From positions 145,638,001 to 145,702,000 of the forward strand of contig OX597814.1 of NCBI GenBank assembly GCA_951406725.2: DNA of 64,000 nucleotides, written 5' to 3'. The first letter of the stretch is position 1; each line of letters opens with the position of its first letter. Positions 42,978 to 58,780 of this stretch are shown in pieces. The DNA comes from Octopus vulgaris. Lineage: Eukaryota. A program made the position numbers and the translations under genes. The notes below the pieces were generated by a model that did not search any database, was not told the DNA's origin, and saw only the letters and a list, made by a program, of their open reading frames with translations.

Positions 42978-45049
42978 ATTTGTATTTTTTATTTTTCTTT
43001 ATCGTCAATGATCCGTAGACAAAATTATATCATTCTCACGTCAAGTTTTGCTGTGTCCAAAATATGACCTGGCTGCAAATTCTCTCTGAACCGTTTCTAC
43101 TTCAGATAGTTCCTTCTTGTAGATGGTTTTTGCTCCCTACGACTGGTGAGCACCAACTAATCTTGCCTGTATTGGATGGCTGTCAACACGTCTGAATTCT
43201 CAGACCTTTGATATACAATACTTTTCATCCCGCAGGGTTTCAAAAAATCACCATTCTCACCATGCATGTTTCCTGGGGTTTCCGGTTTAGTTTCCGAATA
43301 TTTACCCATGTAAAAGGTTGTGCTGAAATACATGTTACCGGTAGCACTAGAAGGACCTGACATATACATGTATGTAAGCAAACATATGATCTAGCATTTT
43401 AACGCGGGCCAGTAGCAGAAAAGAACGGCAGATAGTACTTATACCTATACGCATTGGTACGTTACAATTCGAGGAGCTGCTTCACCAAGATTAACTGTTT
43501 TATTAAGGACTTCTTTATCGATTTAGATACAATTTTCTCTAATTCATCTTTTGGAATGTACCGTTTTTATTTTGTTTACTAGTAATAGCAGGAGGAACGC
43601 ATGCATTTGTTGTCTATCGAACAAGATATCTACTAGAATTACGAGAACTTCATATTTACGGCTCTTTTCTCTGTTGCATTTCCAATCGTTCATGGTTGTA
43701 GAAACTGGTGCATCGATGGAATACATTCCACGTATTATATAGTTACCTAATCTCACCGGATTCAACTATGAACTATCATCTTTCCGATGTAATGAAATAT
43801 TATACAAGTATTCACCTCGATGTAATCAATTATAAAACTACCCTTATCAAATTTAAGGCAAGGCATTGGAGCAAATATTGACAATTTTCTCTTCCTCGTT
43901 TTTCTCTTCCTTTCCTTCTTTTACTATTGCTTTTAACGATACTAGTACAGTAATATTTTTATCCCTATTGTTATTGCTATTAATACTGTAGTTATTATTA
44001 AAGTGACAGGCAGGCAGAAACGTTAGGTTGTCGGACAAAATTCTTGCGCCATATATCCTATCCTTTATGTTTTTTAGATCAAATCTCGCAAAGGTCAGTT
44101 TTACTTTTCACCTCTCCAGGAACGATGTAATCAACTATCTCCCAGATGCATAAAAATTGCTGACTTTATGGCAATCGTTTATATATTTATATATTTATAT
44201 ATTTTGAAAAGTTTTCAGCAAGTGCAAAAGATTCTTCTGACCCTCACGTTTGGCTAAATTTGACATTATTTTTCCTATGATTTTCAAAAATAAATTATAT
44301 TTTTATGTACTTCATGTCTTGTTGGCAAAAACTCGTCAGATTTTATTGCATTTAATTCTCGCTTTATATCGAAAATAAATGATTTATGTATTTTCAATGT
44401 TACTTCATTGGCTGTTAACGGCGCCAAAATGTTTGGATTAATATATGTACAAGCATGACTATTATACAAGAAAGTACATTTTACTTCTTCAAATGAATTT
44501 ATTTTGATATCATATTAATATCTTGATTATTATCGTGGTGGGAATTGACTCGATTCATGATGATGCCCAGTGAACCGACTAACACCAACCAAAAAATTTA
44601 GAAAAAAATTAATGAACGAAAGATGGTTCGTGTTCATACTATTTGCTCTTCCTTTGAATCAACACATATCCCCACAGAGTCATGCCTGAATTTATACTCT
44701 TTTTGTGCTAGTTTTGTCTCTTTCCCAAAGATTTTGTCTTTGCTCTCTATGGTTTATTGGTCTTTGACTTTATCACATTCACTCTAATGGCTTGTTCCAG
44801 AATGGTTATAAGTAACTATACAGTTTCTCGGTTCAGGTTTTCGTCCGGCAGGCATAACCAGCATTCTACACATCCAACATTCTAGGGCTGTTGCATGAAT
44901 CGATCATGTTTTTCTAGTTATTTCATTTTTTCGTGTTTCTTTATGTTCTTGAATTATCCTACAATTTCAATACATTTTTGGAAATATTTAGCCGCCGATA
45001 TGTTCCTTACTAACTACGTACCACATGGGTTTTTCGACCCAATAACCTG

Positions 45050-45477
45050 GTACTGATGGTATTTTTGTATTCATCAATATTCTACTCCTTCCCTTCTTCA
45101 GAAAGCTCAAAAGACAACAAGTTAGAAGTTCATTTTGGTATTATGCCTAGGGTGTCATATATTTGGTTTTGTACATAGTGTTGTTCTAGAGAATGTTTAA
45201 GAAAACCATGAGCAAGTTATGATGGTTTTAAAATTTGAGATTAGACAGACGGTATTTTACGTAGGATACGGGCAGTTCCCATGTGCACTATCTTTTGAAT
45301 TTCGGCTATTTTGGGTTTTCCTGGTATCTGAGCTAGGTAGCAATCAGCTCCTTTTGCCATCATTCACAGGGGGCCTAGATTCCACATTTTGCTCATTTCT
45401 ATTTCAAGATCTATATAATTCCTCAGTTTTTGGTAGGTTAAGATCAGAATCCATGAGAGCCACTGCCTGGTACTGCA

Positions 45478-45478
<1 letters not shown>
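45050..45478 (-). mobile_element. Chimeric insertion: 42-nt head of the 560-bp element fused to a Dong 3' end (family C)
   Basis: 45437-45478 matches the element head. Downstream on the minus strand: YQKLRNYIDLEIEMSKMWNL...IPGKPKIAEIQKIVHMGTARILRK, stop near 45241. Confidence 0.75.
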
Positions 45479-45535
<57 letters not shown>

Positions 45536-46093
45536 GAATGAGAGAGCAGTGCATGCCATCAAAGTGACACTGGGGTAAAATATACGAAGCCCTATATACC
45601 CATCATGACTACCCGTCTGATAAGGGTACACCAGGCACATGCATCACAACCATATGTGCGCGACATGGTGATCTCATATCAAGATAAACAGCACATGACC
45701 TTGCAGGTGGGGCCCAGTTAGAATTTTCTTCAGGTTGAGTAGCCCATCCCGCTCAAAAGGTCCCTGAATAAGGGTTGTTTAAGGATATTGAAAGAACCAC
45801 CCATGTTTCCAGAGGTGAATTATTCAAATCCCAAAGAATCCCTCTCAACACATGGCTATGATGCTCTCCCACTACTTCTGCTCGTGATCAGAGATGCACA
45901 TATCGTCAGCCACTAAGGGACATGCTCAACTGGTTAAGGTCAAACAACTGACAAGCAAATCTGTGGTATTGAGCAGAATATTTGCTGTAGCCCATCTTTT
46001 ATACCAAGACAAAACAATGTACATGTTAACACTTCCAATCAGTTAAGATCAGAAGCCATGAGAGCCACTTCCTGGGACTGCATCAGGGCATTT
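45536..46093 (-). mobile_element. Non-coding ~560-bp element inserted in (TAA)n, copy 2
   Basis: Nearly identical to 31311-31867; (ATT)n on both sides. Confidence 0.85.
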
Positions 46094-46405
<312 letters not shown>

Positions 46406-46409
46406 TTAT

Positions 46410-48060
46410 TTTTGAATGAACACGGGATCTGACCCTCTCACCTCTCTGACTTGGTAGCACTGTATGTTAAAATCCCAGAGTAGTTCTGTATTGTTCGTTT
46501 TCCAGTACTCCCTCTGGCTTGTGTTCATACCATTGTTCAGCTCTCTCGAGTTTTGCTTTACCACACAACAACCAGTGAACATATTTGGCCACATAGAATG
46601 TCTCCTTTTGTTTTCACGTTCTGTGAACTTACATCACTCACTATCAATATAGCTTATACTTTCTCCTTTCTCAGAGCTCATCCTACACTGTTGCGAGCCA
46701 ATGCTTTTATCAATGTGATATTTGGTGTAGTATGTTCAGAGAGCTTGTTCCTGAGCGCTGCAAACTAATGCCTTAGTAGGTCATTTTAAGTCTCTTTTCT
46801 GCAGCCATTGCCAGTTTCTATTCCAATCAATCCCATCTTTATTCTTCAAAAACTGTACAGTTTCTTGTCCTGCCAAATGTTTTTCATCTGCTCTCTCTGG
46901 TCTTCCTTAAATCGTGTCGGATCTACGGATTCGTTCACTTTTAAGGTTCCCTGCATTTTCACTGCTTCAGTCATTTTTTCTTTACTCCCTTTGACGGTGG
47001 GCTATTCTCCTCTTCCCTTACGCAACCTTCATAACACCTCAATCTCCGTCCTCCTTCTTTCCTCTTTAAATACAATCTTGACACATCACTCTTGGGCTGT
47101 AGTTCCTCGTTCATTGGCATTGATTTACGTGTTCTCCTGTCTGTCTCTTGTAATTCATACTTCTTCCAAGATACTATCCCATATCTCATCAATGTGTTAA
47201 TTGCTCTAATCTTATAGTGGCCATTCAGCTTCGAATGGAACACAAGCCGAGTCCTCCTCAAATGCACTTTCCTGTACATTTTTTTATCTTGTATTCATTC
47301 ATCTTATTTGTTTCGATGACACCCATGTTCTTATATCCTTCCTCACTGACTTCCTTTATAGTTTCGTCACTTACCAGCTTGATCCTATGGCTTTTACTGA
47401 TTTTTCCCTCATTTGAGAATCATTACACCACATTTTTCGATCCCAAATTCCAAACCAATATTTATGCTAATCATCTGCACAGTTGCCGTCAAACACAGTT
47501 GCCAAAAAATGTTTTCTCGGTCTTCGCAAATAGTTTTAGGTCATCCATAAAGCACGGGTTGTTTACTTTAACCCTGCCTAGCATGCACCCCACACGCATC
47601 TCTCTTAAAACGCTGGTTAGTGGCAGTATGCAGACAACAAATAGGAGAGGCGACAGACTGTCCCCTTTAAAGATTCCTCTTTTGATATTTACCTCTCCCA
47701 ACTTATCTCTCCATGCTGTGAGTTCAGTTCGCCGCGTTGCCATTGAGTTTTGTATTAACTTTACGATATTGTGGGAGTCCTTAAGCAGTTTAAGGCATTC
47801 AATAATCAAGGGTGTGGGACCATGTCATATGCTTTCCTGCAGTCCACCCATGGCATCGCCAATTTGTTTTGTCTCTTCTTGCAGTCAGCCAGGATAGTCT
47901 TATCGATTAATAATTGACCCTTTGTTCTTCTGCTCTTACGTCCACAGCCCTTTTGTTCCACTGGTAGTAAGTCGTTCTCATCTAGGTACTTATAGATGGT
48001 GTCTCCTAGAAGGGGTGTTCACGCGTTATGATTGCTTCTACCTCTTACGTATATACTATT
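46410..48060 (-). mobile_element. Decayed R4/Dong element, family B
   Basis: IKRGIFKGDSLSPLLFV...FMDDLKLFA; KSDVSRLYLKRKEGGR; ELLWDFNIQC...DPV. Confidence 0.85.
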
Positions 48061-48235
48061 TTGGTGGCTGTTGCCTCGTAAGAGTTCATTAGCCTTTTTA
48101 TACAGGTCTTGTTTTGCTTCCTGTAGGGTGTCAAAATAGCAAGATTCATACGCTCTCCTCACAGAGCAAGCTCTGCAGGGCTACCGGTTTAGCGCCGTTG
48201 TCCAGACTACTAAAAATATTATTATTATTATTATT

Positions 48236-50876
48236 CAGTAGTTTTATTTTTATAGCGTGCTTTCACTTCACTACCGAGCGCAGCTCTGTGTGCCTTGGGT
48301 ATGTGCTGTGATTTGTTGTGATGCTCTGATGGTTATTGTATGGAAAGTGTTTTGTGTAGGATGTGTGCAGTGCCTAGTAGTGCAATTTTCTGTATGTTAT
48401 ATGTGTTTGTAAGTACTGGTGTTTTTGTTATGTATTTGTCTGAATATTTTTTTATCATGCCTAATGCACCTACTATGATAGGAATTGTTTCTGTTTTCAG
48501 ATTCCACATTCTAGTTACCTCTATTTCCAGGTCTTTGTATTTTGAGAGTTTCTTCATTTCTTTTAGAGACACGTTGTCATCTGCCGGTATTGATACATCA
48601 ATTAGAAAGCATTTTTTCTTCATGATCTCTGACAACTATATCTGGTCTGTTGGCCTTAATTTCTCTATCTGTGTGTATCGGCATATCCCAGAGTATGGTT
48701 GCTTTCTCGTTTTCTGTGACCTTTTCTGGTGTGTGCCTATACCATCTTTTTTCTGTTGTTATTCCATAATGTTGGCATAGCTTCCAATGTATGTAGGTTC
48801 CAACTCTGTCATGTCTGTGAATATATTCCTTCTTAGCCAGGACTGGGCAGCTAGAGATAATATGATTTATTGTTTCTTGTCCATCTCCACATATTCTGCA
48901 GTTACTTGTAATATTTCTGTTCATTACATGTTTTTGGTAATTTCTGGTGGGGAGGCTTTGGTCTTGTGCTGCAATTAAAAATCCCTCTGTTTCTGCTTTG
49001 AGTCCTGATCTTCTCAACCATTGCTGGGATTTTTCTTTGTCTATTTCTTTTGCGTTTAGTTTAGTGCAGTATTTACCATGAAGGGGTTTTTCTTGCCATC
49101 GTTTTATCATGGCTCGTTGCTGTTCTATTTTTAGTTTGGATTTCATTTGTTTTATAGCTTTTGTTGTTTCTTCATCATCTTCTTCTTCTTCGTGTTTATT
49201 AGGTGGTATGATTTCTTGTTTGTATTTGTCAGCTTCCTTAAATACTGAGAACAGTTATTTGTTTTGCTCGTGTTTTGCTGCTATCTGTATCAGTTTTCCT
49301 TCCTTCTGGAGTAGGTATTTTTGCAGTCCTATGGTGGTTATTTTATAGTGGTTTTCCAGCTGTATAAGGCCTCTACCACCTTCGATACGTTGTATATATA
49401 GTCTTTCTATGTCAGATTTTGGGTGGTGCATCCTAGATCCTGTCAGTATTTTTCTTGTTTTCCTATCTATTTTGGACAGTTCATTTCGTGTCCAGTTAAG
49501 GATATTGTAGCTGTAACTTATAACTGGGACAGCTAAAGTGTTGATACCTATTATCTTGTTTTTAGCATTGAGCTCTGTTTTTAGTATTGATCTAACTCGT
49601 CTATAATATTCTTTTTTTATTTTTCTCTTTCATTTGTGTGTGTTGTGTCTTGTCTAGTTCATGGATTCCTAAGTATTTGTAAGTTTGGCTTTGGTCTAAT
49701 TCTTTTATTTCATTTGCTTCATCTAGTGTGATGTTGTTACTCTTAACTAGTTTTCCTCTCTTCATGGTTACTTTGGCGAATTTTTCTAATCCAAATTTCA
49801 TATCTATTTCTTTGGTAAATCCATGAACTGTCTTTAATAGTGTTTCCAGCTGTTTGTCATTTGCAGCGTATAGTTTTAGGTCATCCATATATAAAAGGTG
49901 GCTGATCGTTTTGCCGTAACATTTATATCCGCATCCAGTTCTATTTCGCATATCAGATAGAGGTGACAGTGCCAAGCAGAAAAGGAGTGGAGAGAGCGTG
50001 TCTCCCTGGAATATTCCTCTTCTAATGGGGATGTCTTTGGTTTTCATGAGTCCCCCTTTTGTTTGGAGGTGTAGGACTGTTTGCCATTTATTCATAGAGT
50101 GCTCTATGAATTTTATGATTGTTGGTGCTACTTTGTTAATGGCTAGTGTTTCGAGGATACATGTGTGGGGGATGCTATCAAACGCTTTTTTGTAGTCAAT
50201 CCAGGCCATACTGAGGCTTTTCTTCTTTCTGTGGCTGTCTTCAGTTACGGCTTTATTAATCATTAGTTGATCTTTACAGCCATATGAGCCTTTGCGGCAT
50301 CCTTTCTGCTCTTCTGGGAACAGCTTGTTTTCGTCCAGGTGCTTGTTCAGCCTTTGCGATATCACTGCAGTAAATGCCTTGAACATAGTAGGGAGGCAGG
50401 TTATTGGTCTGTAGTTTTCTGGTTTTGCTGTTTCATTTGATTTGGGAATTAAGATGGTTTTCCCCTTCGTGAGCCATTCAGGCATTGTCCCTGGCTCTGC
50501 TAGTATGCTGTTAAAGTTTTCAGCCAGCTTTTTGTGCATTCCCGTTAGATATTTCAACCAGAAGTTGGGGATCTTGTCATGCCCAGGTGCCTTCCAGTTG
50601 CTTAGTTTTTGCAGTGCCTGGGTGACCTCTTCAGTTGTTATGGGGGTCCAAAGTTATTCAGATGCCGAGTTTGTTATTTTGATACTCCTTTTTTTTGGCT
50701 GTTCGTTCGCCGACCATATTTCTCTCCAGAATTCTTCCAATTCTTCTGCCGTTGGTGCTGCAGTGACTCCTATTTTATTTTTTCCCAGTTCTTGGTAGTA
50801 CTTTTTGGAGTTGGAGTTGAACTTTTTGTTCTGTTCAAAGAAGCGTTGGCGTTTCTCGTACCGGCGGATCCTTATT

Positions 50877-50878
<2 letters not shown>
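48236..50878 (-). mobile_element. 5'-truncated R4/Dong element, young family A (2.6 kb)
   Basis: (ATT)n on both sides; same 3' UTR as 38394-38490. Confidence 0.95.
48333..50878 (-). pseudogene. RT + CCHC zinc knuckle + restriction-like endonuclease ORF, broken by a few frameshifts
   Basis: NYRPITCL, IDYKKAFDS, GIFQGDTLSPLLF, YMDDLKL, YKYLG; CRICG..ETINHIISSC; RPDIV...LIDVSIP. Breaks fall in A-runs near 49610 and 48615. Confidence 0.93.
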
Positions 50879-50949
<71 letters not shown>

Positions 50950-52729
50950 CATCATTATTATAAATGAAGTGAATATAGGAAAGCTACATATTACATGGAA
51001 TTAATTGTTATATGTAATGATGTACAGGATCGCTACAGTATAAATTTAGTGTCTATTAAAGTATAGCATTAATTTTGCATGTGATTATAAAATAGATGCA
51101 GGGGTCTAACATATGAACACGGAATTTGGCTGCAAATAAAATAGTCAAGTATCCTAACGATACTTAAAGTTATAGAGTACATCGGCAATATAGATTATTA
51201 ATGACTATAAAGCGAAGCGTAAAAAAGTATACCGCCTTTAAAACTTGCAGCATTACTGTCTCCACAATACATTTTACAAATTTCTAGTGGAGACAGTCTA
51301 TAGTTTTCTCAACATTTTGTTGTTAGTCTTTGGTATGTTTTGTTATTTAATCGTCTCTCTTAGTAAGTGAAGATTCCTTAAGTAATAGTGTATTTTATAT
51401 ATGAAATTATATATTGAAAATGACAATTCATATATTACCCAGTTTTTGCACATATCAATATGCAGAGGAAATTATATATATATATATTGTTCATAGACTA
51501 AGCGTATTTCTGCATTCGTAAACTTTTCAGTTTCTAAATACAGTTAATATCGTTTTATACTACTTCATCTAAAATCGAACGCTTCATTCATAAACATTGT
51601 TCTACTGCATATTTATAAATACGTTTTCGTGTATTGTATTCCAGTTGCGTACTATTGCCTGAAACATTTCAAAAACGTCGACTACTCTTCCACAAGTGAA
51701 AATCTAATTTGTTAGAACTACAATTTCCATAAAGTTTTCTAGAATCGGAGAGTTGACATTTGAAAAATACAAAAAGAGAAAAAATGAGCGTACAGGAAAA
51801 TAAATATATTACGACCAAATTAATGAGAAAACACATTCAGCAGCGCTGAACATTGGTAGTTAGAAACAAATTAATATGGATGATAAATTTGTTTGCATAC
51901 TTTCGTTCTTTAATATATATTCCGTAAAATTTCTTACAGTTTAATCATTCCTAATCTATGAATCTATGGCATATGTGTGTATGTGAGTGTGCATATTATG
52001 TGTATATACACATAATATTATATTCACTGACATCGTCTATCAGAAAAATCTATCATGAATTTTATATAGGTAGCATACAGCTTATAACGGCTCTGTTATT
52101 TAAAGTATAGGCTTCACAACTGTTCGCTTCCTTCAATTGTTAAACACTTCTATCCACAATGAAATTTCAATGTGAAAACTCTATTTAAAACAATCACAAA
52201 CTAGGGCAATACTGATTTAGCTAAAGAAATTTTTATATGTATCAGATTCAAACTGTTATTGCTTTCCTGTCCTCGGTACAAGTAATTGCAGGTTTTCACT
52301 AACTGACGGCCCAAATGCATAGAAACAAATCTCAGTAACAGGATGTACAATTTGATTTTCTTTTAATGAAGGAAATAACCAGCTGTGTGTATATATTTGT
52401 AAAATTTCCGAGGCAGACATGGTATATTATATAGAATATATATATATAAAATCGATCTTGAACTTTCTAAATATTTTTATTAAAACTTTAGCAAAAATTT
52501 AATGAAAAATTTAATGACACCGTCGTTTAATGCGCAATATGCAAATTATGTCTAACTATTGCAGTTAGGTCCATAATAATAATTACAATCGAGTTCGGAA
52601 AGAAGTGTGAGGCAACTTATCGTCTGAAGAGATATTAACTGGCTACGAAACGTTTAAGGATGATATTTTTATATCTACTTGCAAAACATTACGCATCCTG
52701 TGCTTTATTAACAGTAGTTTAACTATATA

Positions 52730-52900
52730 TACAAGGGATGTATGAAAAGTTTTGAGCGTTAACCTAGAAACGGGACTGCTTGATGGCCGAGACATTTTTT
52801 TCTGGTAAGGACAGCCTTTTCGGAGTATTATTGCTTATTTTCATGATTCTGATGTTTTTATTCGTTTTGTTGCAGATTTTTGAATAAACAAGTGTCGAGG
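52730..52900. mobile_element. Mariner-like left-end relic
   Basis: TACAAGGGATGTATGAAAAGTTTTGAGC resembles the TACGAGGG..TGAAAAGTT mariner TIR; no partner end found. Confidence 0.4.
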
Positions 52901-52904
52901 TTAC

Positions 52905-53030
52905 AAGTCATTTGATTGCGGCCATGCTGGAGCACCGCCTTTAGTCAAGCAAATCGACCCCGGGACTTATTCTTTGTAAGCCCAGTACTTATTCTATCGG
53001 TCTACTTACCACACAGCCACTCCCGCGCCT
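52905..53030 (-). mobile_element. SINE family B with large internal deletion
   Basis: The head (AGGCGCGGGAGTGGCTGTGTGGTAAGTAG) is joined directly to the tail (ACCGATAGAATAAGTACTGGG). Confidence 0.85.
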
Positions 53031-53196
53031 TCACATAATTTGAACTTAGTCATGAGACAGACAAAACATAAATTCCCAATGTAAAATAAATAATTTTGAT
53101 GAAATTATGTATATATATGTGCGTGTGTATGTATGTGTATGTGTGTGTGTTAATGTGTGTGTGTGTGTAGACAGATATGTGTAAAATTATTTGCAC

Positions 53197-53600
<404 letters not shown>

Positions 53601-53689
53601 AATAAACGCTATCATATATATATATATATATATATCTTTACACATATATATCTAAATGTATATATCAATATATATTTGAGTGTGTGTCC

Positions 53690-53817
<128 letters not shown>

Positions 53818-54714
53818 CTGTCTGTCTGTCTGTTGTCTGTCTGTATATTATTTATCTCCCTTTATATATGCATTTATATACATTTTTACGTACATAAATA
53901 TGTATGCATTTAGACGTGTGTGCGCAAATATATTTTTAAACGTGTGGAGTACCGTAAGTTGTGAATAAATGTTTGTTTCACAGACTTTCTGTCATGTTTG
54001 ATTTATTGCAGAATTAATCATTGTATAATTCAACTATTTGAATACTGGATACGTTCGGGCAAGATAAAAATAGAGAAACATAGATTAAGAAACTACGTCA
54101 GCTCCACATAGTATTTAGTGGTAAACATATATTTTATTTTGCTATCCTCTAATTGCATATTGTCATCACCGTGCTGCTATATTTAGCACGCTTGTGTAAT
54201 TTAGTATGGATGCATACATACGTAGATAGATAGATACATATATAAATACATACATACATACATAACTACATACACGCATACGCACTCATATATACATATA
54301 TGAAAAAGTATGATTATGGGTATCGAAGAGATACCACCATGCTAGAGATAGATGTCAAAACATGATTCTAAATCCCCATTGAATTCATACAGCACAAGGT
54401 GAAAAGATAACTAGACAAATAAATTAGCAAATATTAATGGATAATTCCAGATCCAATTTTCTGGCGCCGTATTAAAATATACTTTGCCTCATCGGTGAGA
54501 TATACGAAAAATAGTACATAATTATAAATATATATATATATATATATATACACTACATTCGAATACTTACGTATACGCTCGTATACATACATATATATGT
54601 ACATATATACATGACTGGTTCAATAGTCCGTCTAAACACTACGTACTATATGGTCATAATACTACCACAATGAATATAATGATGATATAAATATATATAA
54701 ATGTTTATATAAAA

Positions 54715-55002
54715 AAGTTATGGGGACGTAAACACACCAACATCGGTTATCACGCTATGGTGGGGAAGAAAATCACAGACACACAAACACACACACAGAG
54801 ACACGCAGACACACACACACACACACATACGTATATACAACGGTTTTCTTTCAGTTTCCGTCTATTAACTCCCCTCACAAGGAAGCTTCGTTTGGCCCGA
54901 GGCTATGGTAGAAGTCACTTGTCCTAGGTGCTACAATAGGACTGATCCCGGAGCCATGTAGCCGGCGAGTAAGCTTCTTACCACACAACCATTCCTGCGC
55001 CC
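54715..55002 (-). mobile_element. SINE family B, diverged
   Basis: Reverse-complement head CTTACCACACAACCATTCCTGCGCC and body TTTCAGTTTCCGTC. Confidence 0.8.
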
Positions 55003-55025
55003 ATATATATATATATGTATATATA

Positions 55026-55272
<247 letters not shown>

Positions 55273-58200
55273 ATCGAGGCTGTACCGCTACAATTTCTGT
55301 ACAATGAAGAAGACAGGAATTGCATTACAGAACCAACCTGTCCATGAAATTTATAAATCACTCAAGGCTGAGATCCTCTGGAACACATATTATCCATAGA
55401 CCAATCTCAAATGACATAGAAGCATTGCAACTCAAATATTTGGAAATATTTGGTCTGTTGTGGATTGAAATTTTTTAGTATTATTCCGAAAAATATGACC
55501 CCGTAAGCTTTAAACGTTTCGCAGAAATAGAAAATAGGAGAGCTTTCGGCGAACATAATTCCTTTAATGGGCTATAATAATGCCAAGTATAACCTATCTA
55601 TTAATTTCGGACACTGTTGTAAGTGGTGCTGTTTAGTGAGACATAGACAGGCCTTAGCTGAAACATGTCACCTATGTTGAATGTTATATATGACCGTTCC
55701 ACTCTTTCGTATGAATTTTCTAGAATTTGTGTACATTAGAACCTAATGAAAAATTGCATGTAGTTGTTTCGTTATATATTATGTTTGGATTATGAATGCT
55801 TCTTTGCCATGTCCTCATTTTGAGATCTTTTCTAAGAGCCTATTGTAGTAGAAGGTCAGTGCAGTGAGAATGTTTAAGCATGATAGTGAAAAAATAATAT
55901 GTGCTAAAGGTCCGGAGAAATTATGTGTATGTTTTGAATTATATGTGAGAATATCATTAATGTGCAGGAGGAATGTTGAAAACATATAATAATAAAAAAA
56001 AAATTTATTTACAACATAGTTGAAGGTGTAGGAGTCAGAGAGAGAGAGAGAGTATTTAGCAAGCCCTGCATCGGTGCGGTCTTGAAGAAATCTTCCGTTG
56101 CAAGAAAGAGAGAGAGAGATGTCGGAGGAGTGGCAAATTAACCGAGGTGTTCATAAAATAGACACACTTAATTGCGTTAGGGATATAGCATGATACGATA
56201 TTGCTTCTAGGATTAAATCTATGAAAGCTATATAATACTTGGGTTAATAGAGCAAGCCATTGGTATTTCTGTCTCTATGAATGCTGCTATGGAGGTGAGG
56301 CGGTCAACGGTTAGTCATGAAGGACTGTTTTCTTTATAGCAATCTTTATTGATATATTGAAAGTGAATGCACTATTTATCATTGGAAGTAGAAATGGAAA
56401 TAGCTGCACTTTTCGATAGATTAAGTTCGCTCGCACACATGTTCACACACACACACATAGTCTCTCTCTCACTCTCTCTCTCTCTCACACACACTCACAA
56501 ACGCACACACACACACTCACAAACGTGAGGAATACTGAGAAAATGAAAATGTTGGCAGTGATATGATTATTTCCGGATTGTACTTTTTGAGGGTAATCAC
56601 GAAGATGTAATCGGTGACTGTGTAACTGGCGGAGTGATAGACATAGAGATTGTGGTTATGCAGTGTGCATAAATAGGGTGCTGAAAGCAACACGAACTGC
56701 TTGAGTTTATTAAACTGCAGAAATAGATAATTATAGAACGAGAATGGGGTAGGTGGAGACTTAGAATTTCACTTACTTCTTACAAATGGGGCAGAATGTC
56801 GTAAGGAAGTGGGGAGGATGCGGTGTGTTCTCTAGATTAATTTTTTTCAGTGTCGCCAAGTGGTTGACATTAAGGCAGCCGTTAAATAGCTGGCAATGTG
56901 CTCTCTTCAGTTGTATTGCAGTATCGCAGAAACAATGATATATGTTTTTAGAGATGATGTGTCACATTTTTTCATTGTATAAGTAATGTTAAAGAAGAGG
57001 TCTTAAATGTTTTCTGTCATCCATTATACCGACAATATCGGCACAAATTGGTTAACTGAATACTATAGTAGAAAACAATTATTTAACCATAATTTTACGA
57101 TTTGATACCATTTCCAGACAAAATGTGTAAAGACGCAAATAATTCTTATAGTTTCACATTAACCATTACTTATTTATCGCATATATTTGTCTGAGTAGTA
57201 TATGGTGAGCACTTTTAAAGGGGCTCCAAATACGAAGAAGGTTAACTGTTGTTTGGTGTCAGAAGAGCTTTCGAGTGAGGGTGTACTTCACTGCTGTAAC
57301 CATTTTCTAGATAAGTTTAACCTGCCTCTGAGAAATTACTTCTACCGCGAATCCTTGATTATGAGTGACAATAACGAAATCATTCCTTCGAGATAATTTG
57401 TTTATTTTAAGTCAGTTGACTTAATCATTCAGCAGAGAAAACACGGCTAAGAATGCGAAAGACCTCGTTGCTTGTCTTAACCAGGGCGGAATGTTATGCC
57501 TACTTCTGTCAAATTCAGTGCATGTTCTATGTTGCCGTGATGTACCAGTACAGAAAGAGTTGATTGTATAGCATTAGCAGAACATTACTTGAAAATGTAT
57601 TCGAGAAAAACAGAAGCTAAAAAGAAACAATGATAATATGAGTGAAGGAGTTGGGATTTTATGTTGGTAGAATGTTATTTATGTTTCATTCCCAAAGAAA
57701 TTGAGAGGACAACAAATATTAGAATACATAAAATAAAAGTGAAAGTTAAAACAGAGGATTAAGGGGCAAAAATGCTTTCCAGGTTTCTGTCTTCATCTTG
57801 TAGTTCAGAAGGGAAAAAAAATGAAACACATGGTGCCAAAATTAATTTGATATTTATAGATATTTCTATATGTTTTGATTTTTAGCAATAAGTCTCAGTT
57901 CAATTAGAATTCCTGAAATGAAACTACTTTTAATCAAATTCAAATAAATATCAACTTCTACTTTGGATTCGGAATGAAAATTCAAAAAGAAAGAAAACAT
58001 CACACATTATTTATTCCAAAATAAATTGGACCAAGCCGTGGAGGGGTTCAACAACACAATCCCTTTCACAAATTAATAAATATGATGCAAATTTGCTTCA
58101 GAGAGAAACATCACGTATTCCAACTTAAATAAACACTAAACAAATACCCGAGTTAATTTTCTCTTTCTGAATCAGCAAAGAATTCTCGTTTATAAATTAG

Positions 58201-58686
58201 AAAATAGAAATTCTTAAATTACAAACTGACATAACACACCAAAGGCAAGCTTATCAAAGTAACAATTGTAGCTTCAAATTTCGCTAATCCAAAACAAGGC
58301 ATTCATTTCATTTGATATTAAACCAAATGTTGGTATAGAAAATAAGTTTGTCCTAGCAACTAAAACGTAGAAAAACGAATAATACGTACTAGCACACGCA
58401 CAACACACACACACACACGCACATATATATATATATGTATATATATATGTATGTATATATATATATATATATATATTATGTGAAATAGAAAGATGAATAA
58501 TCTTGTAGTAGATTAATCAAAAGTTTAACCGATACCTTAGTAGCAAAAATCACAGCAGTAAAACAGCACGGTTGGAGGTACAACCATATGGTGTTGCAAC
58601 CGTGCGTTGGTGCGGATAATTGAAATTAGAACATTATTGGTGAATTGAAGAAATGGAGCTGAACGCAGATTGAACAGAAATCGTTT

Positions 58687-58780
58687 TATTTCATTCTACA
58701 CGTGTTTCGAAAGGCACAAATTACCAAAATCCGATGGAATAATGGGACCATATTGTGTCTTTCTCTTCAGGAAGAAAATA
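58687..58780 (-). ncRNA. Type I hammerhead ribozyme (left arm of element 2)
   Basis: Reverse complement of 60078-60171. Confidence 0.88.

Noticed and set aside
43157-43765. Two non-repetitive minus-strand ORFs (74 and 73 aa)
   Set aside because: No recognisable motifs, and splice signals are inconsistent.
52615-52662. CTGAAGA...GAAACGTT hammerhead-like core
   Set aside because: Stem I and stem II do not pair convincingly.
56050-57050. Faint L2/Jockey-like 3' relic on the minus strand
   Set aside because: Too decayed to delimit or classify by eye.
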